DNA of 64,000 bases from Squalus acanthias. Taxonomy: Eukaryota. The DNA lies in assembly GCA_030390025.1 (NCBI GenBank), contig CM059438.1, forward strand, positions 69,070,001-69,134,000, in the 5' to 3' direction. Of the stretch, positions 49,951 through 63,353 are shown piece by piece (position 1 is the stretch's first letter; every line of letters starts with the position of its first letter). The notes below the pieces were generated by a model. It made no database searches, was not told the origin of the DNA, and was given only the letters and a program-made list of their open reading frames with translations. A program made the position numbers and the translations under genes.

Positions 49951-51651
49951 ACAAAGGCTCTTGATAATTCCAATGCTGTCCGCAAACTCAGATAACCATG
50001 CACTGCACCCTCTGGATGTTCATACACCCTGGAATAAATGATAAATGGCAAAGACGCTTTACAAACAGGACAGACAATGCACCACTTGAAGGTGACAGGT
50101 TTAAAAAACAAGTAAACCACTGTTGAAACTTGATGGCGTGTTTCGTGAAGTACAAATTAAGGATAAGCAATGGGGTACTTCATTAAACAACAGGATCAAA
50201 AGTATATGGCAACAGTGTTCTGAATATAACATTTACCGTGTTCATTTGCAGTAAATAAACAAAATGATCACTTAATAAATATGCAGTGCTCTGTTCTCAC
50301 ATTATTGATTTCATGCGTCAGTTTTGTGGAATATCTATGTCCACTGTAACAGTGAGCATAAAAATGTTATATGCACAGTATATAGTTTTTAAAACCATAC
50401 GTGAGAGTGCTTTTCCAACAGCAATTGTGTCTCCTGGTTCAGTTGGTGGTTATAAGCCACTCAAGATTTGCTGGGGCACTTTATGATACCACATGCATGC
50501 TTGGATTAAATTACTGTCTGGTGATCACTCCCAGGCATCCATTATTCCTACTGTGTTGGCAGGGACAGGAGAAAAGTATAAGTAGCCTGAGTGAGGATAA
50601 CTGCAAAGTTATCAAAGAGCTGTCAAGAAAATTGCTAGTAATGGAGATAGAATCTGTGGCTCTTAACATTGCTGTTCCTCTGCAGGTAACTAGGCAGCTG
50701 CTGTTGAGTTCTCCTGCTGGGAATGTGCGTGAGTGTAAGAATGATGACCGCTGATCCTAGTGATAACAAAATCATTGGCTTATCGAGGTTGATGGAGCTG
50801 ATGACAGCAATGAGGAGTTGCTGTGACTGATTCTGATGCGATGCAGCATAATGACTAATATCAAATCTGAACATTCATCTGCATGACTTAAAGTGCTTCT
50901 TGTAGACATTCAGTGTGCCAGCAGTTTCACTGTATAGATAATAAATGGTGACATTTCTGCTCAAGTGCTGAATAAAACTGGCTATGGTTCAGATGTGGTC
51001 CTGCAACCTCTACATGATGGCCATACTATAGTGACATCTGGGATAATACAAATATATAAGACAACATATATGCAGGAGTGTGTTATGACAGTAACATGTG
51101 GCTTCATAAATTGCTGTAATTCTCTTCTTGTGGCTTATTAACTTAATAAGATTCCTGAAAAGTGTTATTCTTTGAAGCAAACTCCAGCCTGGGATAAGAC
51201 CACATATGTTGAGGAGGCAATTTTATTCCATTCTTGCAGCATGTTTCTATTTTTCGGGTTGCAGTTTTATTCTTGCAGATATACTGATGAGCAGCGGTAG
51301 ATCGTGAGCATCCATGTTTGAATCACATGATTTAACCTGAAGTGCAGCGATACTGGTTGACTGGAACTGCAGAGATATCAGATCTAATTTCCCTGCAAGT
51401 TACAGAAGAGCAAATATAACATGCCTAAGGGTTTCAAAGGTTGATCAACAACCACTGAATTCCAAAATGTGTTGCTTCCTGAAAACACATTCTTATATAT
51501 GTGCATACAGATACAAAGATGGTCAGTGTGTTCCCAGAAAGTGGAGCAGTAGATAATCCAATGATTAAATGACTCTTAATGCAGTGATGACTTTTTATTT
51601 CATTGTGCGAACTATCATACATTGCATATATTATATACAAAAATATACGCT

Positions 51652-52342
51652 GAAAGCAGGTACAGCAAGTAATTGGGAAGGCTAATAGAATGTTGGCCTT
51701 TATTGCAAGGGGTACGGAGTATAAAAGTAGGGAAGTTGTGATGCAACTTTACAGGGCACTGGTGAGACCACACCTAGAGTACTGCATACAGTTTTGGTCT
51801 CCATATTTAAGGAAGGATATACTTACATTGGAGGCAGTGCAGAGAAGGTTCACTAGGTTGATTCCTGGGATGAAGGGGTTGACGTATGAGGAAAGGTTGA
51901 GCAGGTTGGGCCTATACTCATTGGAGTTTAGAAGAATGAGAGGTGATCTTATTGAAACATATAAGATTCTGAGGGGGGTTGACAGGGTAGATGCTGAGAG
52001 GATGTTTCCCCTAGTGGGGGTATCTAGAACTAGGGGGCATAGTTTCAGAATAAGGGGTCGCCCATTTAAGATGGAGATGAGGAGGAATTTCTTCTCTCAG
52101 AGGGTCGTGAATTTTTGGAATTCTCTACCCCAGAGAGCTGTGGAGGCAGAGTCATTGAATATATTCAAGGCGGAAATTGACAGATATTTGAACTACAAGG
52201 GAGTCAAGGGGTATGGGGAGAGAGCGGGAAAGTGGTGTTGAGGCCAAGATTGGATCAGCCATGATCTTACTGAATGGCGGAGCAGGCTCGAGGGGCTGAT
52301 TGGCCTACTCCTGCTCCTGTTTCTTATGTTCTTATGTTCTTA
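51652..52342 (+). mobile_element. CR1 3' end (young, open frame)
   Basis: ORF 51690-52241 is an uninterrupted CR1 ORF2 C-terminus, followed by a (TTCTTATG)n tail. Confidence 0.93.
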
Positions 52343-52743
52343 TTTGTGTTCTCCTCAACATAGATTATGTTATTGAAAGCAGCTTTTGTTTTGAGCAGTG
52401 AAGTATCTGGGAAGTGAACAATATAGTAACAATTACGTGAAATTTAATATCAAAAGATTAGTTCCATTTTATTCTTTAAACCACTCATATAACCATTGAA
52501 CTTTTCAATCAGAAGGATGGTTCTATATATCTATATGCAGGGCAGCAGGAGAGTTATAACCAATCTAAGTGGGGAAAATCGACTACGGGGCTTACTCTTG
52601 TAGGAGGTAGAACTGGCTACTGGAAAGGTTTCGAAGCAAGGTATGGTAGCAAAGATCCGTAGAGAGGAATTCAAAATCCTTGCTGCTGTAATTGGTCTGC
52701 AGAGATCCAAGAAAGGAAAGGAGTCCATTAACAAACAAGTATG

Positions 52744-53200
52744 GTGTCAGCCTTGGCTCAGTGAGAGCAGTTTCACCTCTGAGTCAAAAGGTTGTGGGTT
52801 CAAGCTCCACTCCAGAGACTTAAGCACATAGCCTAGGCTGACATTTCAGTGCAGTACTAAAGAAGTGCTGCACTGTCGGAAGTGCCATCTTTCAGATGAG
52901 ACAATTAAACAGAGGCCCCACCTGCCCCCTCGGGTAGGTACAAAAGGTCCATGGCACTATTCAAAGAAGAGCAGAGGAGTTCTCCTGGTGTCCTGTCCAA
53001 CATTTATCCCTCAACCAACACCCAAAACAGGTGATCTTGTCATTTATTTCATTGCTGTTTGTGGGAACTTGGTGTGTGCAGATTGTCTACTGCGTTCATT
53101 ACATTACAGCAGTAACTAACAATTCAAAAGTATTTCATTAGGTGTAAAGTGCTTTGGGACGTCATGAAGTCATGAAAGGCACTGTATAAATGTAAGTCTT
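52744..53200 (+). mobile_element. SacSINE1-like DeuSINE, full length
   Basis: TGGCTCAGTG A box, GGTTCAAGCTCC B box, Deu-like core and L2-like tail. Confidence 0.87.
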
Positions 53201-56200
53201 TTTTTTCTTTCTTTTAAATTCCAGGACTGTGTTTGCTGTGTCCATGTATGAAAGAGATGGAAGAAAGTTGGGGAAAAACTAAAGCAACAGTTTCAGTTTG
53301 GGTTTAAATTAACTTTGTACACTTTATGTTAAATTACAAAGTATGTTATTTTATAAATAATAAATTGAGAAACCTAGATTAAGGCTTGGGAACAAGAGTG
53401 CAGCACCAAAATCAAAGCTGAAAAGAGTAGGAGAGAAGATGAGGTAAATCAAGCTTGTGGTTTTTAAAATCTTGTAGACTTTAGAAGGAAAAGAAGACTG
53501 AGGTAGAGAAACCATCAGTTAGTGCATTTATGTCTTGATTTCGTAAAGTAAGTGTATTTGGAGCTGAGGAAGAACAAGACAAAAAATAAGAGAAGTAATG
53601 ATGCTTTTAGTAGTAAAATAGAGCCGAAAGCTTGTGACAAACAGAGGAAGTTTCTGATTCACAGAGGAGAAAGTTTGAGCGAGAAGATTAAGGTTGAGAT
53701 ACAGGGGAGAAAGGTTGTGAGAGATGGAAATGAGTAAAACAGACAGAAGAAAAATTGAGGGACAAAGAAAGATGATCAGAGTTGGAGGCTTGAAGTGAAC
53801 GGGTCATCTTCCAGACAACACACTTTTTATTGTATCCTGTTGAGACAGGCTATACGAGAATAAATGTAAAATTGGTTTAAAAAACATTTTGTTTTGGATA
53901 ATGTTTCCAGTTTTACTGCATTAGGCACATTTGGACTGCTGCCTACCAATATCTTGGACCTTATTGAGCTGCTGTCTGATGTAACTGGTATATTGTTTTC
54001 TTGCAGAATTTGTTTTACAATGCTATTATATATATACTGATGTGCCATTACCCAGTAATGTGTTTCTGGTGCATTAACCTACAATATCATCTATATTTGT
54101 ATATTGCTTTGTTTGTGTGGGGATAACACACAAACTCTACAGCATGAAGTGTATGCAACTGAAGTGGAATAGTGGAAAAAAATTCTATTCATCCTGCACA
54201 ATTTCTGTTGGCGGCACTGAAATAAATAAAACAAACCTCCTTCTGCAGTGTCTTTTAGGTTGGCACAAGTGACAATGAATTGGATCCTTTGCAGTGAAAA
54301 TGGGTGTTCACATGATGATGCGCTGGCAATCTTTTTGGAGAGGGGTGGGAAAAATGTGCAGTGTTTTTTTTTTGCCAGTTTTGAAAATAAGAAGATGGTC
54401 ATTTTGAAAAGGTAGAAGCTTTGCTCTCACTGCAGTGTAGTATTTGTGTTCTTTTTGAAGACATCGTCAATGTAGCGCAGTATTGGCGGGGTGGGGGTGG
54501 GGGGAGAGGGGGTTGTTTGCAGGTGGCGAGAAGCCCATAACAACCAGAGCAATTCTTCCTCTTTATTTCTTTTTCCAAAGAAAATATAATTTTTCCAAAA
54601 AAAGTATCATTTATAGGGAAGCAAACAGTTACAATTTTTAGGACCTGGTTTTTTTATAGAATTTAGAAATTGTATTTACACACAGATTTGAAATAAATCT
54701 GACACTCATGTTTTTGGCTTTCCATAGATTCTGATTCGGGTCAGAGATATAAATTGAGGTTGTAAAAATAATCTCAAGTTTATTGAGGTTCGGCAAGTGT
54801 TTGAATAAATCCTTATCCTGCAAACTGCAGTATGTTCAGATGGGTTTTCCACTTATTGTCCTGTCAAGCGTCAGGTTTCTGGGCAGAAGAATATCAGAAA
54901 ATTAGATATTTACTTCTATATTTTGCATAAGGTTAGGTTCAGCTGCTCTCATAGACTGTTAATTGGGCCAAATGGCACTTGATGGGAGGTGGCATGAATG
55001 GGTAATAGGATTAGGCAATGAGCCCTGAATATCCTAGGGCCTGAAACAGTGTCATCTGCTGCAAGAAATGGCTCCCATATTGATGATCATAATGATGACA
55101 TTGGCAGATGTGCCACAAGGATGCAGTCTTCTATCTTCATTCAATAGCCTATGGAAGCAGGTAAGAATTTTCAAAATGGAGTTCAGTTCATCTAGCACTC
55201 ACAGGGCTGGTTCGAAAACTTTGGGGCTCCTGCAAAGGCTCCTTTGTGGGCTCCTCGCCGCCGCCCCCCTCCCCCTATGCTGTGCTGGATAAGCAATGAA
55301 GATGTGACTTGTTATTCTAAGCTTTTCGGGATGTCCTTGCCAGAATTCAGAAACGTACGTGGAAAAAGTTACAACCTCTCTGGTACTGATCCCTGTTCTA
55401 TTAATGGATTTATTTTGCTTCACAGCACAACATAACAAACACACAAGGCAGAGGTTCCAAATTATATTTAGACATGGTCCACTCACCTTAATCATTGATC
55501 TTCCTGAGCTCTGGATGAGGTACACAGAACACTGCTTACATTGCTTGGTTCTGACCTGCTTGGAACTTCAACTGTCCTGTTTTGTCTGAGAGTTTTATGC
55601 ATGCCTGGATAGATCCATAAGCAGAACTGTCCCCCAAAAGTTAGAAATTCAAGGGTAGAATCTCAATCCTCTGAACACTTAAATTAAGTTCCGGTAGGAA
55701 AGTGTCCAAGGATCCAACCGACCCCCTGAGCAGTTTGCAAACCAACAATGATTCTGCACCAGATTTACACTGCATGCAATGTAAAGCCAAAGTGGTGTGA
55801 GACTACCCTCTCCAGGAAGACTCACTCCATTTTGCTCCATATACAGGTCTCTGGTTTTACTCTGCCAGTTGATGCAAAGCAAAAGTCACTTTGTACAAAA
55901 ACTAAGTATGTAATGTAAATGTACCTATATTCTTACCCTGTATCTCTGTTACTTGTCTTCCTTCTCTCTGTCATTCTATCCCTGGGACTGAAATTCCTGT
56001 TTTGTTCTGAATTTAAGTAAAAAATAAATAAGCATTGGCATTTTGTTCAGCAAAGACAGAACATTTCAGCATCCCCTCCCATGTCTCTGTTACTTTCCCT
56101 TTCTTGTTTTCTTTCTCTGTGCTTCTCTTGCTCTCTGCCTTTGCGTTTCTTGATTACTCTGCCTCTTGCTCTCCAGTGCCCTCCCTTTTTCTTTCTCCTA

Positions 56201-56422
56201 CTCTAGGACTGTTCTTGGTGCTTCCTCTGTGTCACAAGTCATCTCTAACCACTTACCAACTGCTGCTTTTTACTGCAGTAACTTATCCCTACTCCATACC
56301 ACCGTAAGTGCCCATTATGTGCAAGACATTCAGGCGCCTCTGTTCCCCTGGCCCTGAACAGCCTAACAATATTCTGCGTAAATTGTTCTCGGTGTCCCCT
56401 GAACAGCTGATCAGTGCTACAA

Positions 56423-56883
56423 AGGAAAGAACTTACATTTATAGAGCACTTTTTATGACTTCAGGACATCCCAAAGCACTTTACCAACAATGAAGTACTT
56501 TTGAAATGTAGTCACTGTTCTAATGTAGGAAAACACAGCAAACAATTTGCACACAGGAGGGTTCCACAAACAGCAATGTGACACCTGACCACATAATCTG
56601 TACTACTGATGTTGGTTGAGGGAGAAATATTAATTGTTGGCCAGAACACTGGAAGACCACCCCTTTTCTACAAATAGTGGGATCTTTTATATCAGCTGAC
56701 AGGACAAATGGGGCCTTGATTTAACCTTTCATGTGGAAGACGGCACCTCTGACAGTGCAGCACTCCCTCAGTACTGCCCTGAAGTGTTAGCCTGAATTAT
56801 GTGTTCAAGTCTCTAGAGTGGGACTTGAACCCATGACCTTCTGACTCAGAGGTGAGACTGCTACCACTGTGCCAAGGCTAACA
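56423..56883 (-). mobile_element. SacSINE1-like DeuSINE, full length
   Basis: Reverse-complement homologue of 52744-53200. Confidence 0.87.
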
Positions 56884-56914
56884 TCAGGGTAGGCTTTTAA
56901 TACTTAAACTTAAT

Positions 56915-57268
56915 GGCCCGTAATTTGCGGTCAACGGCGAAGCAAAGGCATTCACCGCTGGCCCCAAATTGAGCTTTGCAAAAAGATCTCGCGATCTCTG
57001 TGTCACGAAGTTCAGGTTTTCTGACGCGCAATTGAAATCAACGTACGTTGATGGGGATTCCCAGCGAAGAGCTGCCGTGACGTCAACAAGCTGTCTAAGC
57101 AACCAATCAAAATGCAGAATTCTCACAGACAGCGAACCAGCAAGTGAGTAAGCTCCTAAAATTCTAACTTTATAAAAATATTAGAGAGAGCAAAACATAG
57201 ATTGGGACACTCACATGGGGAAAAGGCAACCCTGAAATCCAGATGAAGAAACTTTTTTTTTAAACTTA
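56915..57268. mobile_element. Partial MITE related to family A
   Basis: Starts GGCCCGTAATTTGCGGTCAACGGCGAAG, matching the reverse complement of ~49922-49945. Truncated by CR1. Confidence 0.65.
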
Positions 57269-57269
57269 A

Positions 57270-58972
57270 AAGATTAGGATAGGGCCACTAAGGGATGCAC
57301 AAGATAAACTCACAGGTAATGTCAGTGAAATGGCAGAAATATTGAATAGTTACTTTGCCTCAGTATTTACCATGGAGACTAACAAGGTGGGCATGACATT
57401 AGAAGGAGAGATCAAAAAAGATATCAAGACATTTAAGATAGAAATGGGGGAGATACTTGATAAACTAATCAGAATTAGAGAAGATAAAGTCCTGGGTCCT
57501 GATACATATTCAAAGAAGCTAAGAGATAGCAGAGGCACTAATATAAAAATGCAATAGAAAAGGGAATCACGCCAGATGACGGGCAGACAGCTAATGTTAT
57601 TTCTATATTTTAAAAGGGAGAATGAACACATCCAGGGAACGATAGCCCAGTTAGTTTAATGTCGGTGATAGAAAAGATAATGGAATCTTTACTCAAAGGT
57701 GTAATAGAAAAACATCTAGAATCCAAAAATATATTAAAGAATAGACAGCACGGATTTCAAAGGGAAGGTCAGGCTTGACCAACCTTATTGAATTCTTTGA
57801 AGAAGTAGCAAAATAAATAGACAAGGGTAATCCAGCAGATGTAATATATATGGACTTTCAAAAGGCCTTCGATATGGTACCGCATAGTAGACTCATGACT
57901 AATGTCAGAGCATGTGGAGTCAGGGGACAAGTAACAGAATGGATAGCAAACTGGCTACAAAACAGAAAACCGAGAGTAGGGGTTAAAGGTAGTTCCTCAG
58001 ACTGGCAGTAAGTAGGAAGTGGTGATCCACAGGGATCAGTGCAGGGTCCACTGTTGTTCACCATTTACATAAATGATTTGGACTCGAGAATCAGAAGTAC
58101 AATATCAAAATTTGTGAATGACACCAAATTGGGAAAGACTGACAAAATTTTAGAAGACATTAACAAACTTGCAGAATGGGCATGCAAATGGCAAAAGAAT
58201 TTCAATATCGATAAGTCTGAGGTGGTGGGAGGAATAAGGAGATCACATACTCCTTGGGAAATAAGAGTCTAAATGGAGTAGAGGTGCAAAGTGATCGAGG
58301 GGTACAGATTCACAAATCAATAAAAGTAGCAACTGCAGGATAAAAAGCCATAAAAAGTATAAACAAAGCACTGGAGTTCAATTCTAGAGGAATAGAATTG
58401 AAAAGCAGAAAAGTTATATTAAACTTGTATATAACCTTGGTTCGACCACAATTAGACTATTGTGCACAGTTTTGGTCACCATATTTTTGAAATGGCAAAA
58501 AGAGATTTAGAAAGATGATACCAGAACTGATAGGGTACAACTATCAGGAAAGACTGAACAGGCTGGGGATCTTTTCTCTAGAAAAGAGAAGACTGAGAGG
58601 TGACCTGATAGAGCTCTTTAAAATTATGAAGGGGTTTGATAGGGTAGAGTACACAGAGAAGATGTTTCCATTTGTTGGGGAGTTCAAAACTAGAGGCTAT
58701 GAATATAAGATAGTGACTAATAAATCCAATAAGGAATTCAGGAGAATTCTTTATCCAGAGAGTGGTGAAAATGTGGAACTCGCTACTGCATAGAGGCATT
58801 AGCATAGATGCATTTAAAGGGAAGCTAGATAAGCACCTGAGGGAGAAAAAAGTAGAAGGATATGTTGATAGGGTGAGATGAAGCAGGGTGGGAAGAGGCT
58901 CATGTGGAGCATAAACATCGGCATAGAGCTGTTGGGCCAAATGGCCTATTTCTCTGCTGTAATTCTATGTAG
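57270..58972 (+). mobile_element. Older CR1 (RT region to 3' tail), heavily decayed
   Basis: MAEILNSYFASVFT, DFQKAFD, YINDLD and RRLRGDLIELFKIMKG, with an AATTCTATG tail. Confidence 0.9.
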
Positions 58973-59535
58973 ATTGTTGGCCAGCACAACAGCAGAATTC
59001 CTACTCCTCTTTGAATAATACCATGGGATCTTTAGTAATCACTTAAACGAACAAGCAATGGGGCCTTTGTTTAACAGGTCATCCAAAAGGACATTGGGGT
59101 AATTTTAACCCCCAAAAATGGGTGGGTTTGTGTCGTTTGGGAAGTTAAAACTAAAAAAATTTCAAACCCAAACCCAACATGCCTCGAACACGCCCACTTC
59201 CAGTTTTAACTGAGGCGCGTTGGGGGTGGACGACCAATCCGGTTTCAGGAGGTGGGTCGGTCATTGAAAACTTCTGAGGAGTCTGCGTGCCTCCGTTTTA
59301 ACTGCTTTTTATTGTTAACTAATATTGGCCAGGTTTCCTGGCCTCAGGAAACCCGGCTGGATCCATAAGGTAAGTGTTTCCTCCCAGTACAATAAGCTAC
59401 ATTGTAAATCTCCCCCTCCCCCCCCCCACCCCAGCGATCTGTCTGAACGCCCCCCCCGCCAACTCCTCGACCACCATCTCACCCCCAACAATGCTGTACC
59501 GCCCCCCGCGACCATCATCTTTTAAAATATATATA

Positions 59536-62500
59536 TTTTATTCGTTTATGGGATGTGGGCGTCACTGGCAAGGCCAGCATTTATTGCCCATCCCTAATTG
59601 CCCTTGAGAAGGTGGTGGTGAGCCACCTTCTTGCACCTCTGCAGTCCATGTGGTGAAGTTACTCCCACAGTGCTGTTAGGGAGGGAGTTTCAGGATTTTA
59701 ATCCAGCGACGATGAAGGATCGGCGATATATTCCTAAGTTAGGATGGTGTGTGACTTGGAGAGGAACTTGGAGGTGGTGGGGTTCCCATGCACCTGCTGC
59801 CCTTGTCCTTCTAGGTGGAAGAGGTCGTGAGTTTGGGAGGTGCTGCCGAAGAAGCCTTGCCGAGTTGCTGCAGTGCATCTTGTAGATGGTACACACTGCA
59901 GCCATGGTACGCCTGTGGTGGAGGGAGTGAATGTTTAAGGTGGTGCATGGGGTGCCAATCAAGCGAGCTGCTTTGTCCTGGATGGTGTCAAGCTTCTTGA
60001 GTGTTGTTGGAGCTGCACTCATCCAAGCAAGTGGAGAGTATTCCATCACACTCCTTACTTATGCCTTGTAGATGGTGGAAAGACTTTGGGGAGTCAGGAG
60101 GTAAGACACTCGCCGCAGAATACCCAGCCTCTGACCTGCTCTTGTTGCCACAGTATTTATGTGGCTGGTCCAATTATGTTTCTGGTCAATGGTGACCCCC
60201 AGGATGTTAATGGTGGGGGATTCAGCGATGGTAATACCTTTGAATGTCATGGGGAGGTGGTTAGACTCTCACTTGTTAGAGATAGTCATTGCTTGGCACT
60301 TTTGTGACACGAATGTTACCTGCCACTTATCAGCCCAAGCCTGAATGTTGGCCAGGTCTTGTTGCATGCGGGCATGGACTGCTTCATTATCTGAGGAGTT
60401 GTGAATGGCGCTGAACACTGTGCAGTCATCAACGAAAATCCCCATTTCTGACCTTATGTTGGAGGGAAGGTCATTGATGAAGCAGCTGAAGATGGTTGGG
60501 CCTAGGACACTGCCCTGAGGAACTCCTGCCACGATGTTCTGGGGCTGTGATGAGTGACCTTCAACCACCACAAACATCTTCTTGTGCTAGGTATGACTCC
60601 AGCCAGTGGAGCGTTTTCCCCCCGACTCCCATTGACACTCAGTTTTACTCGGGCAGCTTGATGCCACACTCGGTCAAATGCTGCCTTGATGTCAAGGGTA
60701 GTCACTCTCACCTGACCTCTGGAATTCAGCTCCTTTGTCCATGTTTCGACCAAGGCTGTAATGAGGTCAGGAGCCGAGTAGTCTTGGCGGAACCCAAACT
60801 GGGCATCTGTGAGCAGGTTATTGGTGAGTAAGTGCTGCTTGATAGCACTGTCGATGACACCTTGCATCACTTTGCTGATGATTGAGAGTAGACTGATGGG
60901 GCGGTAATTGGCCGGATTGGATTTGTCCTGCTTTTTGTGGACAGGACATACCTGGACAGTTTTCCACATTGTCGGATAGATGCCAGTGTTGTAGCTGTAC
61001 TGGAACAGCTTGGCTCAAGGCGCGGTTAGTTCTGGAGCCCAAGTCTTCAGCACGATAGCCGGGATGTTGTTGGGCCCCATAGCCTTTGCTGTATCCAGTG
61101 CGCTCAGCCGTTTCTTGATATCACGTGGAGTGAATCGAATTGGCTGAAGACTGGCTTCTGTGATGGTGGGGACCTCAGGAGTAGGCTGATATGGATCATC
61201 CATTCTGGCTAATGATGGTTGCAAACACTTCAGCCTTGTCTTTTGCACTCACGTGCTGGTCTCCACCATCATTGAGGATGGGGATATTCATGGAGCCTCC
61301 TCCTGCCATTAGTTGTTTAATGGTCCACCACCATTCACAACTGGATGTGGCAGGACTGCAGAGCTTTGATCTGATCCATTGATTGTGGGATTGCTTAGCC
61401 CTCCCTCTCGCATGCTGCTTCCGCTTTTTAGCATGCATGTAGTCCTGTGTTGCAGCTTCCCATGTTGGCACCTCATTTCTAGGAACACCTGGTGCTGCTC
61501 CTGGCATGCTCTTCTACATTCCTTATTGAACCAGGGTTGGTCTCCTGGCTTGATGGTAATGATAGAGTGAGGGATATGCCGGGCCATGAGGTTACAGATT
61601 GTGGTGGAATACAATTCTGGTGCTGCTGATGGCCCACAGCACCTCATGGATGCCCAGTTTTGAGCTGCTAGATCTGTTCTGAATCTATCCCATTTAGCAC
61701 GGTGGTAATGCCACACAACACAATGGAGGGTATCCTCAGTGTGAAGACGGAACTTCGGGCGCGATTTTCCCAATGCAGACGGGTTGGAGGCGTGTTTCAG
61801 TTTGGATGGGTTCCAAACCCGCCTCCACTGAGAGGTGGGAAAAATTTGCGATTTCCCCCTGATTGGCCAGTTGATTTCAGAGGTGTGGGTTCCCCTCGGC
61901 CAATTAGTGTTTTGGGACTGAAACTCGCCTCTGCTGACGTCACTTATCCAGCTTCATTTGAGGGCTGCTTGCTGCCTTGGCTCATTCCACTGGTTTTTGT
62001 TCGATGCTGCACCACCTCCAAGCTGTTGTCTCCTTGAAGAATGGCCAGCTCCAAGGCAAGGGCCTCCCCGAGGTTCTCGGATGAGGCGCTGGGTATGCTG
62101 GTTGAGGGGGCGAGAGCTAGCAGGGAGGTGCTCTTCCCCTCATCTGGGAGGAAGAGGCCTCCCAAAGAAACCAAGGCTGTGTGGGTCCAGCTGGCAAGGG
62201 ATATAACCTCCAGATCTGTGTGCAGATTGGGTGATTGTTTCTGTTTATTGATGAAATGCCATCCCTGTGGGAATGTATTAAAATTAGGTGATGGCAAACT
62301 GTTGGCGTGATGGCATCTGTTATTTCGGCTCAGGCAGCTCCACATTGCGGGCTCCGTGACACTTGCATGGTCAGGTTGGTGGTCAGAGTGAAAGGAGGCC
62401 AGAGAGTCATGTCCATTGTCTATCATGTGTTAAGAAGGAGCCAAGCACATGTGCCACAATGGGCAATCTATGCAAATCTGGCCAGGATGAGTGCATTCCT

Positions 62501-63353
62501 TGCACGACGTGCTTCCATGCTCTGGCGCTTTCTGCCCTGTGCAGCATCAGGTGGGTTAGCAGGAGGTTGGGGCTCCTGTTACTGCTGAGCTGCCTGGTTC
62601 TGCTGCTGCCGTGGCTGCTCCTCATCCGAATCTGAGGTCCATGGTGAAAGGAAATAAATGGTTCCCATGCCGCTGGCAGATACCTCCGTTGGGGAAGCGC
62701 TCAGTCCAAGCGGGGAGAGAGTCTTCCAAGGAGGTCCCACAGTTGAGAGATAAAAGCTGCAGCACCTCCGACTTTGGTAGGCCTGCTAAAAGTGCTGAAA
62801 GACCTTTGGAACAAAAGTTCTGCCACCTGCAACTGCTCCCTGATGAAAGCTTCATTTTAATGGTAGAGCTGCAGCTGTGAGGAGGCCACCCACTTGTCAA
62901 CCTGCCAGATTAGCTGGCGTGGTTTAAGAGGGTCGTGCAACATGCTGAAAATGTGGTAAAATAACGAAGGCCTGTCAAAATAGGATTATAGAGGTCCTTA
63001 ACTACTCTTTAAGTATCTTAACTACCTCTCCCGACTGATGGAGGCGGGACCGAATCGCACCCATCAAACCCGCCTCTGGCAAAATTACACGGAGGCGGGT
63101 TGGAGGCGGGTTCCGAACCCGCCCTCACTTTTTGCCATTTTGCCAACTGTCCCGCCTCCAAACCCGCCTCCTCGGGACTGGGAAAATCGCCCCCTTCGTC
63201 TCCACAAGGACTGTGCAGTGGTCACTGCTACCAATACTGTCATGGACAGATGCATCTGCGTCAGGTAGATTGGTGAGGACGATGTCAAGTAGGTTTTTCC
63301 CTCGTGTTGGTTCTCTCACCACCTGTCGCAGGCCCAGACTGGCAGCTGTGTCC
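59536..63353 (-). mobile_element. LINE family B, longest copy (APE C-terminus to 3' end), interrupted by a Harbinger derivative
   Basis: PTRGKNLLDIVLTN..SSDH (APE), NYRPISLLS, DIKAAFDRVWH, GVPQGSVLGP and FVDD. Confidence 0.92.
61757..63194. mobile_element. Harbinger internal-deletion derivative with Myb exon-1 start (+) and transposase N-terminal remnant (-)
   Basis: 16-bp TIRs GGGCGCGATTTTCCCA / TGGGAAAATCGCCCCC and TTC TSD. ORF 62041 reads MASSKARASPRFSDEALGMLVEG..WVQLA. Confidence 0.88.

Noticed and set aside
51273..51348. Box C/D snoRNA (TGATGA..CTGA)
   Set aside because: The C box lacks the leading purine, the terminal stem is weak and no guide target is identifiable.
55068..55160. Signal-peptide-like first exon MAPILMIIMMTLADV ending at CAG|GTAAGA
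   Set aside because: No downstream exon or homology, so it is compatible with chance.
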